In this document: piece by piece, positions 16,233 to 31,689 of the stretch
Layout: every line of letters starts with the position of its first letter
How positions within the stretch are numbered: the first letter of the stretch is position 1
Source: the human T2T-CHM13v2.0 reference genome, Homo sapiens
DNA length: 64,000 nucleotides
Assembly (NCBI RefSeq): GCF_009914755.1
Contig: NC_060929.1
Reading direction: 5' to 3' (one strand)
Notes under the pieces: generated by a model
What the model saw: the letters and a program-made list of their open reading frames with translations, nothing else
Database searches by the model: none
Told to the model about the DNA's origin: nothing
Program-made: the position numbers and the translations under genes

Positions 16233-18137
16233 CATACCTTCATTCTTGTTTCCACCTTACCCTAATTCATTCTCCATTCTGCAAGGCAGGGATTTCTCCA
16301 AAAAAAAAAAAAAAATGTGAATGGGCTCTATTCTCCATCCCTTACCACCTTGCTGCTGCAAACTCCTTCTAGCACCCAGGGCCCTGCTTGGCTTCATTCC
16401 TCACTGCCCTGCACCTTTCCACCAAGGATCTCATTGTATCACCTCTGCCATTCTTCCACTGGGGGAACCATTTATCTCTTTCACTCTCACTCCTAAGGTC
16501 TTTGGTTTTTGTTATTTTCTCTGCCTGTAACAACCTTTGCCAGCATCCAAACTTTCTGTGGCGAACTCATTCTTCAGGTCTCAGCTTAGAAAGTCCCTCA
16601 TCTGGTAAGCCTGGAAAGTGTCACTAGCACAAGGCCTGGCACATAGAAGCCTCCTGATAAATATCTGTTGAATAAATGTCAATGACAGCATCAAAGCTGA
16701 CTCAATGTTGACTGAGGACAGGCTAGGCTCCCATCTGCGCCAGGGTTCAGCTTTTAGGTTATAGACAGGATTCAGAGCTGTGAGATATAAAATAATACAG
16801 GCTTTTTCATAACATTCCCACTGGGTCAAGAGCATACTCACAGTAAATTACAAGTGGTCCACTCAGCCCCTGAAGACCAGGCAAATACCTGAGACATGTC
16901 CTTCCCCTTTAATCTTTTCTCAACTTCATCCTCCTTCCCACAGGCTTTCCTTTCTCACTTAAACCCAATCAGTAAGACACATGACATCTCTCATGGGAAG
17001 AAGATTTATGATATCTCTGGAAAATTCTTTTTTAATCTGCCATAGCTTTAAAAACTTGAGTTTTCATGGCTGCTAATTAGAACTGTCAGTATAAGTCACT
17101 GAAAAAAGTGCAATCTCTTGGAAAACAAAAAGAAAGTAAGAAAGTACTCTAGCCATTTCCATTATGATTTATGAGACGTGTTGTTGATGATCTTATTAAT
17201 ATCTTTTTAAAATATATGCTGATTGCTAATGTTCTCTATAATAAACTGGCAAAGCACATGCAAATCCCTATTGATACACTAGTTTTGGGAACACATGGGT
17301 GGATATAAGCAAAGAACAAATGTTTGGCATCTAAAGTGAATTTTGTTTTCAATTTTGTGTTCCGCCCAAGGAACATTTGTTGACTGACTAATGTATTAGG
17401 GATTGCAAAGGATTCAAAGTTGAAGATCTCACCCCTACCCTCCAGCTGCTTACAATCTAGTACAGGCGGAGAGGAGAACAGCTTCAACAACAGGTAGCAC
17501 ATATAAACCAGGTAGGCAGAGTGAGATAAGGGAGACAGGTGTGGAGGGCTAGATGGAGAACTGGGCACAGCAGCAGACTGCATGCATGAGGTCAGAACTG
17601 AGCTGAGCCTGTCCTCTGCTGCACTCTCAGCACAGTGTCAGGCACATAGTAGCCTTTCATAGTCACAGCAGGGACGAAGGAAGGATAGAAGGACAGTTGG
17701 GTCCAAGTTCTAATCCTGTCACTTAGAGGAATGTGGCCAACCACTATCTTTTCTGACTCAAGCTCTTCATCTGTAAAATGGCAACTGGGGGAAAATACTT
17801 CTTCCTAGGGAGTTGCTGTGGGAGAGGAACTTGTGGTTGTCATGAAAGTTGTCCACCAGATATATCCAGCTCTCTTCCTTTTATGCACAAGGCAAAATTG
17901 CTGGTCCATTTCCATACTGATGCTAGTTGCAGACATTGTATTTCATCTGGCCAGTGAACTATGAACAGAAGTGATGTGTGTCACTACTGAGAAGAAGCTT
18001 TAAGAGCCAGTATGTATGTCACTGGGGATGTTCCAGATGGCAGTTTCTCTGTCATTCTTAGCCCCAGGAAAGTGTGGTAGGACAAGAACCTCCAACCAGC
18101 CTGCCATAGATACGTAACCTGAGCAAGAAATACATCT

Positions 18138-19168
<1,031 letters not shown>

Positions 19169-19584
19169 AGGAAATATGCCTAGTGTGTTAAGCCAAGATC
19201 TGGGGATTTGCAGGCTGTTTGTTATCACTGCATAGCATATCACAGCATACAGAATTTAACAGAGAAACCCCTTTATACAACCTAAAGTTTAAGTAAATAT
19301 AATAGCTAGGAAAGATACGAAAAAAAATATGTTGCTTTAGAAGAGATTGCACCTGGCTGAGGGGGTCCAGAAAAACTTCTTGAAGAAGTTGTCATTGGAG
19401 ATGGATTTTGAAGTGAGGAAGAATGTCTAAAGGCACATATGGGGAAGCAAGATAAGAAGAAGGTAGGAGTGTGCAGGAAGGAAAGTACTCAGAATGGACA
19501 GGGCGGTGGATGACTAACAATAGTCACGAGAAGTAGCATAGGTTACCACTCACTCTGTCAGTCGCTGTCCTGTGTGACTTACCT

Positions 19585-20192
19585 GTACTTATTCTTATTC
19601 ATTTTCCATCACTGCCATAACAGAACTTAAATCTTACAGCGGCTTAAAACAAAACAAATATATTATCTTACAGTTCTGTAGCTCAAAAGTCCAGTATGGG
19701 CTTTGCAGGGCTAAAATAAAGGTGTGAGCAGGGTGATATTTGTTTCTGGGACCTCTGGGGAGAATATGGTGTTTTGCTCATTCAGGTTGTTGGCAAAATC
19801 CACTTCCTGTGTTTGTGAGACTAAGATCTTGGTTTCTTTCATGGTTCTCAGCTAAGGGCTCTTTCCTGCTCCTAGAGGATACCCTTAGTCTTCGACTTGT
19901 GGCCCCCTTTTGCTCTTCTCCAAGCCAGCAATGGAAGATCAACCTTCTCTCATGCTTTATATCTTTCCTATGTCTTCTTCTGTCTTACTCCTTGAGCAAC
20001 TCTTCTGCCTTCCTCTTTCAATCTTAAGGTCCAACATGATTGCATTGAGTCCACCTGGAAAATCTTCCTATTTTAAGATCCCTAACCTTAATTCTGTCTG
20101 AATGGTCTCTTTGCCTTGTAATGTCACATATTCTCAAGTTCTAGGGATTAGAGCATAGATGTTTTTGGGGGGCAAATTTTCTGCCTATCACA
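19585..20192 (-). mobile_element. MLT1 LTR
   Basis: GGCTTAAAACAA...ATTATCTTACAGTTCTG...TCTGCCTATCACA, typical reverse-strand MLT1. Confidence 0.75.
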
Positions 20193-20461
20193 CCTTACTT
20201 TGTGGGTGAGGAAATTGAAGCTTAGTGTGCTTAGGTAACTTGTCCAAGGACACCACCCAGTTCTTGGCAGAATGGCTTTTGATCCCAAGCAGCCTGAAAG
20301 TGAGCCTTTATTCTTAACTGCCTCTTCACCCAGAAAATAGAGAGGAGAAAAGTGGAGACCGAGGCTAAAATGATAGATTAGGAATTTATTGCAGACATCG
20401 TCAAATGGCAGACACAAAAAAATGGCTTAAGGGAGTATTGTATAATGATTGTCAGTCACCA

Positions 20462-21069
20462 TACATTAGTTTTCCATTGCTGTGTAATGAATAACCACAA
20501 ACTTAGTAGCTTCGACAACACCCATATATTACCTCATGGTTCTATAGGTCAGAAGTCCAGTAGGCTGTGACTTGATTCTCTGCTCAGGTTCTCATAAGAC
20601 TGGAATCAAGATGTCAGCCTGCTGAGCTCTCCTCTGGAGCTTGGGGGTTCTCTTCCAAACTCCTTTCTTTTATTAGCAAAATTCAGTTTCTTGTAGATAT
20701 AAGACTGAAATCCCCATTTTCTTGCTGGCTGCCACTGGGGACCACTCTCAGTTTCTTGAGGCCATCTCAGATACTTGCCCATGGCCCCTCCAACTCAGTG
20801 ATAGGACCCTCCCTCAAATTAAATCCCTCCCACTTCAAATCTCTCTGTCTTCCTCTTCTTCCTCCAGATGGAGAAAATTCTTCTTTTAAAAGACTCATGT
20901 CATAGATTAGGTACGCCCAGATAATGTTCCTGTCTTAAGTTCAACTGATTAATAAACGTAATTACATGGGCAAAAGCAAAATCCCTTTTGCAATGGAACA
21001 TAACATAATCATAGCAGTAACACCAGGGGGCAGAGGTCATGGGGCGATCTTAGAATTCTGCCTACTGCA
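20462..21069 (-). mobile_element. MLT1 LTR
   Basis: ATTAGTTTTCCATTGCTGTGTAA...CCACAAACTTAGT...TCTTAGAATTCTGCCTAC. Confidence 0.75.
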
Positions 21070-21780
21070 CATCCTATGCATAATGGGGTGGATAATCTCA
21101 TGCTCGTTGGACATATGTGGAGCACAGAGGTTAAGGTCTAATGGCAGAGCTGGACACAGGGCCCAGGTCCTAGTGATGAACATAATATCATGTCCCAGCT
21201 AGGAAGGGCTGCTTCTCCTCTTTGAGAACTGGGGAAGAACAATTCCCATTTCCTGAGGGTGAGGATGAAGTTGAAGGTTCCTTGGTGCCTCTTTCAACTC
21301 AGAGCAGGCCCAGAGCCGGCTGTGTCTCCAATTATCTCCTTGTTAGAGGGAGGGCATTCTGAGTGAGGACCCCTGAGAAGAAGGGGGAGAGATACAAAGT
21401 TGGCATTTCTTATCGATAATAATTCAGGCAAATTTATGGCAACAGTTCACCAAGAGTGGAAACCTGTCTAGATCTGTGAGAACATTAGTCTTTTATAATA
21501 CTTTAAAGAAAAAAGTTTGTTATTTTAACTTTGTGCAATAATTTGCTCTATAACAAATGCTTTCCTGAGTAAAGATTCTGAGGAAACATGATTTAATGAC
21601 CCTGTAAGAATTATGGATGTATTTCGATTCCACTTTCCCAAAAATGGGTGCTCCTCAAGTGTTTGAAATCAGTTTATTCACTCAGAATAAATGATCCCTT
21701 GTGCAATCATGTTTTTGCTATTTATTAGCTTAAGAAGTATTTTCCCTACAGAGGAAAGCGTTACAAATTTCCTACTTATG

Positions 21781-22099
21781 GAGTTTCACATTCACTCAAC
21801 AAATATTGAGACTGTACAGTTATTAGGTTCTAGAGAATTATGAAGAAATATAAAATCCTTTAATGATTTAATAATTTAGTGCAGTGCTAACAATGAATAG
21901 GAGGAAAGCAAGGAGAGCTACCAACAGGAAAAGTAGAGTGAGAGTTTCACATTCACTCAACAAATATTGAGACTGTACAGTTATTAGGTTCTAGAGAATT
22001 ATGAAGAAATATAAAATCCTTTAATGATTTAATAATTTAGTGTAGTGCTAACAATGAATAGGAGGAAAGCAAGGAGTGCTACCAACAGGAAAAGTAGAG
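21781..22099 (+). repeat. Tandem duplication, 2 x 158 bp (period 161)
   Basis: 21781-21938 versus 21942-22099; I count 2 mismatches; TGA at the junction. Confidence 0.95.
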
Positions 22100-22494
22100 G
22101 AGTTCAGAGAAATGAGAGGTGAGCGTAGGAAGCAGCAGCCAGGCAGGCTTCTTGGAGGAGGTGGCACTTGGAGCTGGACTTTAAATCATTCAATCCAGAG
22201 TCCATACCCTAGCTTCGGAGGCAATACTTGACTTAGTCCTTCCTTCACTCTCCAGACTCATCCTGTGCTGCCAATCATCTTGAACACATGAAGGCTTTTC
22301 CTGCTTCAGAACCTTTGCTCTTCCTGTTTCCACTGTCTAGAGTGTGTTCCTCTAGATTTTTCTCACGTCTAGATTATTCTCAACCTTCGGCTCTCCGCTT
22401 AAATATCACTCCTTCAGAGAGGCTTTCATTCACTGTCATGTTTATGTTGGTCCCTTCCTTCTCTCTTCCTGACTGTATGCCTCCCATCAAGTTA

Positions 22495-22832
<338 letters not shown>

Positions 22833-24268
22833 GAAATTATAGGTATTCACTCACTTAGGAAATTAAGAAATCAAAGTAAAAAGGTAAGGAAAAAAAAATA
22901 AAGCCCATAATGCAGGCATCTTACATTTATAGATGTTATAGATGACTCATAGAAGAACATCTTAAACATCTTGGTTTACATACTTCCAGACACTTATCTC
23001 TGCCAAGGTTGAGTTTTTAAATGGGGTCATATAGTGTATTCTGTTTTACAATCTGATTTTTTTCACTTCACCTCTTATGGTCCATTTTTCCCATGTCATC
23101 TTTCACTTCTGAGAGTGGTAACTGCTTCTACCAGGTATCTACACTTGTCCAGATAAGCACATTGTGCTTGTCCTCACGACAGCCCTTTTAGGTTGTTCCT
23201 GTTCTTATCCCCATTTTCTAGGTATCCCCATTTCACAGCTAGGTGAAACCGAGGCTCAGAGATGTGAAATGACTTGCCCAAAATCACACAAGTTAACAAA
23301 TGGCAGGGGGCAGGGGTAGGAAGTCTGTGGGGCTGCTGAACTTCCACTTAATAATTCTCTTTACTGCCTCGGAAAGAGCTGAGTGTCCCTTTGAAGAATT
23401 GGCTGGGGAGTTTCTGAGTAAAGAGAGGAAGAGAGACTGTTTCCTGCCTCCGACTGCTGTTCTGCTAGCTCAGTTGGGGATATGTGGGAGGGAGGGACTG
23501 AGTGTGCAGGGAACTGAGTAGGGTGAAAAAATACCTGGCAAATGGGGATTTTCAATGGGTTATTTTAAGTAAAATCGCTCCTTTTAATATGTGCCTTGTG
23601 CTGGAGTTAACAAACGTTAATTAAAGCAGAAGTGCATATTGTTATTTTATCTCCCATTTGCTTATGGGTCGGGGTATATTTTTAAAAAGCCCACAACATC
23701 CCACATTTAAATATGTTCCCAGTCCTAAGAACTTCAAATGCCAGAGATATGTTTGGCCACAGATGACAATGCAGGCCCACACCTGGCCCACTGAGGCAGA
23801 GACCCAGGCCCTTGGAGCCCATCTCACCTCTGAAAATGAGCTGATGGATCAGCAGATAGTAAGAGCTCTGGGGGTGGGGGCCTCTGGATGCAGAGAAACC
23901 ATATGTTTTGGTATTATGGGCCGTCCGGCAGGCAGCTATAAAAAGAGAATAGCTTCTTCTAAGAACTTAAGCCCAAAAATACACAGAAGGAAATGGGAGG
24001 AAGTCCCATTTATAACAAGAGTGTGTTGCCAAATATTCTTTTGTGTCTAGGAACTGTGGTAAGTGGTGCTTGAGACCTGAGAAGGTAAATCTCGAGAAAG
24101 GAGGGTGGTGACCCTGGTCTAAGCTGGACCCCTTCTCAGCACAGTGAAAAATCACATGAGTGGAATCAGATGGATCTGGGCTCACATTTCAACCCCCTCA
24201 CTTGTTCTGTGACCTTAAATAAATTATTTATTCACTCTGAATCTGTTTCCTCTTTTAACAAAAGGGGA

Positions 24269-24684
24269 TGTGTTAGTTTGTTTTGCATCACTATAAAGGA
24301 ACAACTGAGGCTAGGTAATTCCTAAAGAAAAGAGGTTTATTTGGCTCACAGTTCTGTGGGCTATACAAGCATGGCACCAGCATCTGCACAGCTCTTCTGG
24401 TGAGGCCTCAGGAAGCTTTTACTCATGGCAGAAGGCAAAGAGGAGCAGCGTGTCACATGGTAAGAGAGGGGGCAAGAGGGAGGAGGAAGTGCCAAGCTCG
24501 TTTAAACAACCAGCAGTTGCATGAACTGATGGAGCAAGAACTCACTCATTACCATAGGGAGGGCACCAAGTCATTCAAAGGGATTTGCCCCCATGACAAA
24601 CACTTCCCACCAGGCCCCACCTCCAACATTGACAATCACCTTTCAACATGAGATTTGGATGAGACGAACATCCAAACTCTCTCA
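24269..24684 (-). mobile_element. MST-family (MaLR) solo LTR
   Basis: TG...CA termini, 5-bp TSD GGGGA, MST motif AAGAAAAGAGGTTTATTTGGCTCACAGTTCT. Confidence 0.88.
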
Positions 24685-25169
24685 GGGGATACACCCACCT
24701 GGCCCAAAGAAAGAGATGGGAATTAGATAAATGTCAAGTGTCTTCCATAGCATCCAGCTCAGAGTTGGTTCTCAGAGAACAGTGGCTATGATGGTGAATA
24801 TGTTTGGGGCAAAGTGAAATTGTTGCTTGTTCACATTCTTGTCCAAGCTTCCACACCATAGTACAGGCTGTTCCTGCTCCAAGAAATGCCTTTCTTTCTG
24901 TTTCAGAAAGCTCAAAGCCAGCCTGCCCTGCAGAGCCCAGTTACGTGACATCTCTTTCCATGAAACCTTTCCAAAGTTTTCCCAGTGGGGTGTAGCCTTT
25001 CCCACCTCTGCATGTCCTTAGCACTTAATCAGTGACCATCCATGCTGTTCACTGCAGCACAACTATCAGTTGTTTCTGTGTGGGTCACATCTCTTCTATT
25101 AAATTGATTTTCTCTTAAGTATTTCCCATCACGCTTGGTGTGTAGTCAGTCCTCAGTAAACATTTGTGT

Positions 25170-26390
25170 AATCATTCATTTATTCAGTGTATGTTCACTG
25201 AGCACCTATTGTGTGCCAGGCACTGTGCTAGTGCTGAGGGTGTAGCAGTGAATGACATTGATAAGACCCCCGCCCTCGCTGAAGTTACACATTAGTGGAG
25301 GGAGATAGATAGATAATAAATGAATAAACAAGTCAGTTGGTACATATGTAATTATATAAAGATCACATATACTTTGATAAGTGCTATGAAAGAAATGAAA
25401 AAAATAAGAGAAAAGATGGGTGATGGAGGTAATGATACTTAGAGTGGTGCATATGAAGAGGTGACATTTGAATTGAAACCTGAAGGGTAGTAGGAGGCAG
25501 GTTTGGGACAATTTCAGGGAAGTGAGTTCCAGGTAAGGGGATCAACAAAAATTGCAAAGGTCTTGAGGTGGGAAAGACTTCGGTGTTTTCTAGAAACAAG
25601 AAGATCAAAGTGGCTGGAACATAGCATGGAGGAAAAGACAGTACAAGAGGAGACAAGACGCGGGCTGGCTCAGGGAGTGCCTTGGTAGAATATTTGGATT
25701 TTATCTTCTAAGTGGGACAGATTTTAAGTGGGGTGGGAACAACATGGTCCTACTTATAGTTTAAAAAGATCTCTCTGGCTCTTGTGTGAACATGGATTGT
25801 ATAAGAACAAGAGAAGAGGCAAGGAAATGTTATGCTAGGATCTACTATCTGGAATGCTGCCTATGAAGATGAGGGGATGATTGGACTGGATGGGCTGGAT
25901 GTGTGGGTGAGGGAAAGAGACAAGTCAGAAATGACTCCCTGGTGTTAGGCTCAAATAGCAGGGTGGACAGTGGTGCCATTTCCTGAGATGAGGAAAATGG
26001 AGAAGAATGAGTCTTCTATTTATTTGCACATTTTTTGTGAGGGTTCATTGAGAATTTTGAATTGGATACTTCAGGTCTAAGGTACCAAGTAGGCAGTTAA
26101 ATATATACATTTAAAAAACAGGATAGGGGATAGAGATCTAAATTGGGGAGTTTTCAGCCTCTGTGTATACAGGCCATGTGTCCGGAGGAGATCATGAGAG
26201 CAAGACTGTAGACAGGGATAAGAAGAGGGCTGAGGCTTGAGCTTTGGGCACAGCAATAGCTCAAGATTAAGCAGAAAGAAGAAACCAGCAACGGAGACAA
26301 CCAGCAAAGATAAGCCAACCTGTGAGGCAGGAGGAGACCCAGGAGAGAGTGGGGCCTAGGAGCGAAGAGAAGTGTTTTCAGAAGAAATCA
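25170..26390 (-). mobile_element. L2 3' fragment
   Basis: CATTCATTTATTC...ACTGAGCACCTATTGTGTGCCAGGCACTGTGCTAG followed by extended L2-like sequence. Confidence 0.75.
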
Positions 26391-26532
26391 TTGTCATCAT
26401 CATCATTATGAGTAACATCTTTAGCTCTGCCGTGTCTGTGCTAAGTGTGAGATGTGACTTACTAACTTCACAAGTCATGAGATGGGATTCATTATCTCCC
26501 TTTTTCAGGTATGAAAACTGAGGCTTAGAGAG

Positions 26533-26951
26533 AGTCCTATTCCATTTGTGTTGCTATAAAGGCTTACCCCTGGCTGGGTAATTTATAAAGAAAAGAAGTT
26601 TATTTAGCTCACGTTTCTGTAGGCTGTACAAGAAGCATGGTGCCAGCATCTGCTTCTGATGAGGGCCTCAGGCTGCTCCCACTCACGGAGGAAGGCAAGG
26701 GGGAGCTGGCATGTGCAGATCACATGGAGAGAGAGGGAGAAAGAGAGAGGAAGATGCCAGGCTCTTTTTAACAGTCAGATCTTGTGGGAACTAATAGAGC
26801 AAGAAATCACTCATTACCAGGAAGAGGGCATCAGACCCTTCATGAGGGATCCACCCCCATGACCCAAACACCTTCCACCAGGCCCCACCTCCAACACTGG
26901 GGATCAAATTTGAACATGAGATTTGGAGGGACAAACATCCAAACTATATCA
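26533..26951 (-). mobile_element. MST-family (MaLR) solo LTR inside a MIR
   Basis: Ends ACATCCAAACTATATCA; 5-bp TSD GAGAG; similar to 24269-24684. Confidence 0.88.
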
Positions 26952-28024
26952 GAGAGTGAACCAAAGAATGAATGAATGAATAAATGAATGAATCTACACC
27001 CATTTTTTTGCAAACTGCCCACACTACACTCCCATAGCCTACCTAACTGGAAAAAAAAAATAGGAACAAAGGACGATTCTCTTTGAAATATAGCCCTGCA
27101 AGTGCTAGAATAGTACACCAGCTTACAGAGTACTGGGCTTTCCTTAGAGCTTGTTGTCTAACCTCCAGCCTTCCAACCCTGAGACTCACCCCCAGAGTCC
27201 AGGGCCCTCCCCCATCTGGAGTGCTGGAACACAGTGACCGGCAGCTGGGGCAATTAAAATGAATCACTCCAGCTCTGCCAGGGAAGAGCTGAGTGATTTG
27301 CAGCTGGTGACAAATGGGATGATTTGCCACTCAGACGCAGCATCTTGGATGAAGTGGCCTCATCAGTGGAATTGTTGCATTTGGCCAGCACTAATTACCC
27401 TGGTCTAGGAACCTCGATGCCCAGTATCAAGTGAGCCTCTCTCTGAACACAGCTCAGCTCAGTAATTAGTCAAGATGGACTTTTTTCTCCCAGTAATTTA
27501 GAGACAGGCCATCTGAGCCTGTGCCTTTATGCCCGTTTTCATTCCTTTTTATAAATAGCCATTTGAAGAAGAGGACAAAGGGAAATAGGTTGCACTCAGT
27601 GACCTCTTGAGCTCAGTTGAATGAAGGCACACAGGAGGTGTCCCTTCTGTCCCCTTCCTCTTGGGGATGACACGACGTGTTTTTGAAATAAAGAAGAATG
27701 TCCATATCCAACTCCTTGTCAGAGATGTCCTAGAGGGGAGGCTGCTGGGATCAAGAGTTGATTGCTGCTTAATAACTTTCCACTCCCTACACAGGCCCCA
27801 AGTGTCTGCTTTCCTGAAGGCCCCCTGCCTTAGTGTCTGCTCTCCCTGCCCCTATACCCAGGTTGCTGCTCCTCACACTGTGTGCATACCTCCATCCTGA
27901 AGGGCAGAGAGTAACTCTGCCAGCCACTTTGCTACCTGCTTTATTAGTATTTTTCTTTTTAATTCTTAAGAATACCTGTAAGATGAGTACAACCATTACT
28001 CCATTTTGTAAAGAACTAAGCACA

Positions 28025-28460
<436 letters not shown>

Positions 28461-28626
28461 CTAAGGATCACACAATAATAATTTTCAAACAAATAATGGC
28501 AATAGGTTTTCTGGGTGTTTGTGCAGAAGAACTAATAACTGGATAGATGGTTTTTAAAATATGTCAACTACTGTTGCATATTAGCTTAGATCAAAGGTCT
28601 CTGATATTCGCAGTAGAGATTGAGAG

Positions 28627-28848
28627 CAGGAGTCAGCAAACTATGGCCCCCAGGCCAAATCCAGCCTGCCGCCTGTTTTGGCATTCAAGTGTTACTGGAA
28701 CACAGCCATGCACTTGCGCTTACATATTGTCTATGGCTACTTTTCACTCTGCAACAGCAAAGATGAGTAGTGCAACAAAGACCATAAGACCCACAAGCCT
28801 GAAATATTCACTACCTGGACTTTGACAGAAAAAGTTTGCTGGCCTCTG
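28627..28848 (+). mobile_element. MER58A-like hAT-Charlie element
   Basis: Termini CAGGAGTCAGCAAACT / AGTTTGCTGGCCTCTG; GGCCAAATCCAGCCTGCCGCCTG. Confidence 0.85.
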
Positions 28849-29927
28849 TTTAAAAGCAACAAATCTAAACTGTGACATTAGAAGCACACATTTAAAGGCC
28901 TGCAATGAATCCTAATCAATAACCAGAACAAGAAATGCCTATCGGAAACCCAGAGAATGGTCCCATCAGATCCTTACTATCTTCCGTTAGCATCAAGTTA
29001 TGCCCTAAACGATACATACACTATTTTGTTAACAAAAGGAAAAAAGATCCTTTGCAAAAAGAGACAGCCTGCTTCCAGCACCTTACTCCCAGACCATGTC
29101 CGAATTCATTTACCCAGAAGGCGTGAACTGTCCATTGAGCATCTTTCCTCTCCCACAGCCCCTGCTCCTGTGGATCACTTAATGCTATCACTTGGATCTC
29201 GGCAGTCAGCCCGCCCCTTCCCATTTCTGTGGGCTCTGCAGTACTTTTCACCCATCATCATCATTGTTAATCAATAAATACCATAAACAATCATGATAGT
29301 AACACCTTAAATCAATACAGCCGAGTGATTATATTGTAATGGAAGAATGATAGTGGTTTAATGGGAATACAGAAGGGGTGGCTCAGAACTATGCTGGCAA
29401 AAGTTGGGGAAGTTTACAGAGGAGGTGAAATCTTACTCACCTCTTCTATTTTATATCTATCTCCTGGCGTTCTCCCACCCCTGCACCTGTCTGCTTGGTG
29501 ATCTCCCACTCCTACTTCAAAATCTAGCACAATATCTCCTCTTCTGGTAAATTTTCCTGACCTCTGCTAGCAGAGTAATTAGCAAGCCCTTCTGTGTTCC
29601 TTCCATGCTACTTTCTTACTTGTCATGTAACTAAGATAGTAGAATAATTATTGTCTATGATATTTACACAAGATGATGATGATGGCTTAACAGAGTGTTA
29701 AATATACTGTGAGCTAACAGTACTGTGCTGAGCACTTTGCAGGAAATCCATGGTGTCTAACATTAAATTATATGTTTTTTAATCAGTAGGCTCCACTGCC
29801 TTCCTATCTTCTCTATCAGACTGTGAGCCCATGGAAGGGAGAGACCATGGCATATTCACTTTTATCTCCTCAGTGACCAGCAGTGTCTGCCATATAGGAA
29901 ATGCTTGCAAAGTAAATGAATAAATAG

Positions 29928-30481
29928 TATGGTACTCACAATCCTAGAGATTCCTGTCTCCTGGTTCTTCAACCAAACACTAATCTATGTAATGCTATGA
30001 AGAGATTTTATAGAGGCAATTAAAATCTCAATCAGTTCAGTTTAAGACACAGAGATTATCTAGGTGGGTCTGGCCCAATCAGGTGAACTCTTAATAAGCA
30101 AGAAGTCATCTCCAGCTAGTGGAGGTTAGAGAGATTCAAAAAATGAGAAGGATTTGACACCCTATTGTGGGCTTAAAGATGGAGGAAGTCAAGTGATGAG
30201 AAATGCAGCAACCTCTAGAAGATGACAGCCAGCAAGGAAACAGTGACCTCAATCCTATAACCACAAGGAGATGAATTCTGCCAACAACCAGTGAGCTTGG
30301 AAGTGATAAGAACCACAGCTCCAGCTAATGCCTTGGCTTCAGCCTAGTGAGACCCTGAGCAGAGAATCTAGCCACCCTAAGACAGACCTCTAATCTACAG
30401 AACTGTGAGATAATACATGAATGTTGTTATAAGCTGCTGTGTTTGTGTCATTGTGTTATGCAACAATGGAATACAAATACA
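29928..30481 (+). mobile_element. MLT1 (MLT1E-like) LTR
   Basis: GACAGCCAGCAAGGAAACAG...AATTCTGCCAACAACC...CTACAGAACTGTGAGATAATA...TAAGCTGCT. Confidence 0.78.
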
Positions 30482-31664
30482 AGCAGGAATACAATACAAC
30501 AATGGAATAAAAATCCAATTATATCAGATATTGGTGGTCAGACTGCTGACCAAAGGTTCCGCTGGGCTTTGAAGAAGTCAGTGCTGCTGAGATCCAACAT
30601 CACAGGAGTCATGAGTTAAAGAAGTCCATGTCCACCCATAAATGAATCAGAATTAGGTGAGGGAGGTAGTGTCCTGCAGTAGCTAAAGTGCTGGATAAGA
30701 AATATGAAATCCCAGTTTCTAGTCCCAGCTCTGTCATTGCCTTACTGTGTGACTCTGGGCTCGTCATCTTAGGTCTCCGAATTATAGTTCTCTTATCTCC
30801 AAGATCAGAATATTCCTATTTCTCCCATCCATTTTACAGGGCTGTAAATAAGGTTGAAGTAAGATAATAGATTCAACAAGCCACATAAGTTATAGCCAAT
30901 TCTGCAGGAAAAAAAAAAAAAATCCTCAAATACCCAGGGGGGTTTGGGAAAAGCCATGCCAAGTTGCAAGGCTAATAAAATTCAGGTGACTAGGCAGACA
31001 GACCTCCAAGGGCTTCAGATCACAGCTGTTTCTTCCCTGCCAAGAAAAGTGCTGCTTTGCCCTGTGGCTCCCTGGGAGGATAATCATCATCATAAAAAGT
31101 AATGCTTTGTGTTTCAACAGAAATTTCCAAGTGCTTTCCCCTGTACCAGTTTAATTCCAGCAGCTTGTATCAGTTAAAGGAAAGAAATGGACTGAGTCGT
31201 TCTAGTTTTGAAAGTGTTGGTTTCTCACAGTGAAGGAGGGTAAGTCTCACCTATTATACAGAGCAGGAAGACAGAGGCCCAGCTAGGCAGGTGACTCACC
31301 AAGTTGTGGAGATGGTCAGTGAAAGAGAAAAGGCTCTCATTCCCAGCCCTGGCCTCTAATAATTCCAGCTCCCTGCGTTTAGTATGGAGCTGGGAAAATG
31401 TAACTTTCCTGGATAGAGGCCCAGCTTCACCTGAGCCAGTTCCAAATTGAAGGTAGGGAGGATTGCCTTGCCCTCAAGTTCTTATCTTGTGAATCACATG
31501 CAAATGAAGCATTGGGATTAAGTCAGACTTTGAACTTCTTCCCCTAGCTCTCCAGTTATTCCAAAAATGACAGTTGCTGGCTGTTAAGCAGCAAACTCTT
31601 TCTTTGGTATCGTCATTCAGTAGGCGGGGATGTAGGGACTATCGTTCAAGGTAGGCTGCTATAA

Positions 31665-31689
31665 ACAACAACAACAACAACAACAAAAA
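31665..31689 (+). repeat. (CAA)n microsatellite
   Basis: About 7 CAA units. Confidence 0.85.

Noticed and set aside
19585-21069. Two MLT1 LTRs as a proviral pair
   Set aside because: Only ~270 bp apart, separated by MIR-like sequence and clearly diverged from each other.
23658-24050. 130-aa ORF, and similar ones at 53564-53962 and 55175-55534
   Set aside because: No recognisable domain or GluA1 similarity; lengths are compatible with chance; one runs through a microsatellite.
24269-26951. Two same-strand MST LTRs ~1.85 kb apart as one MaLR provirus
   Set aside because: Each has its own 5-bp TSD (GGGGA, GAGAG) and the interval is L2/MIR sequence, not MST-internal.
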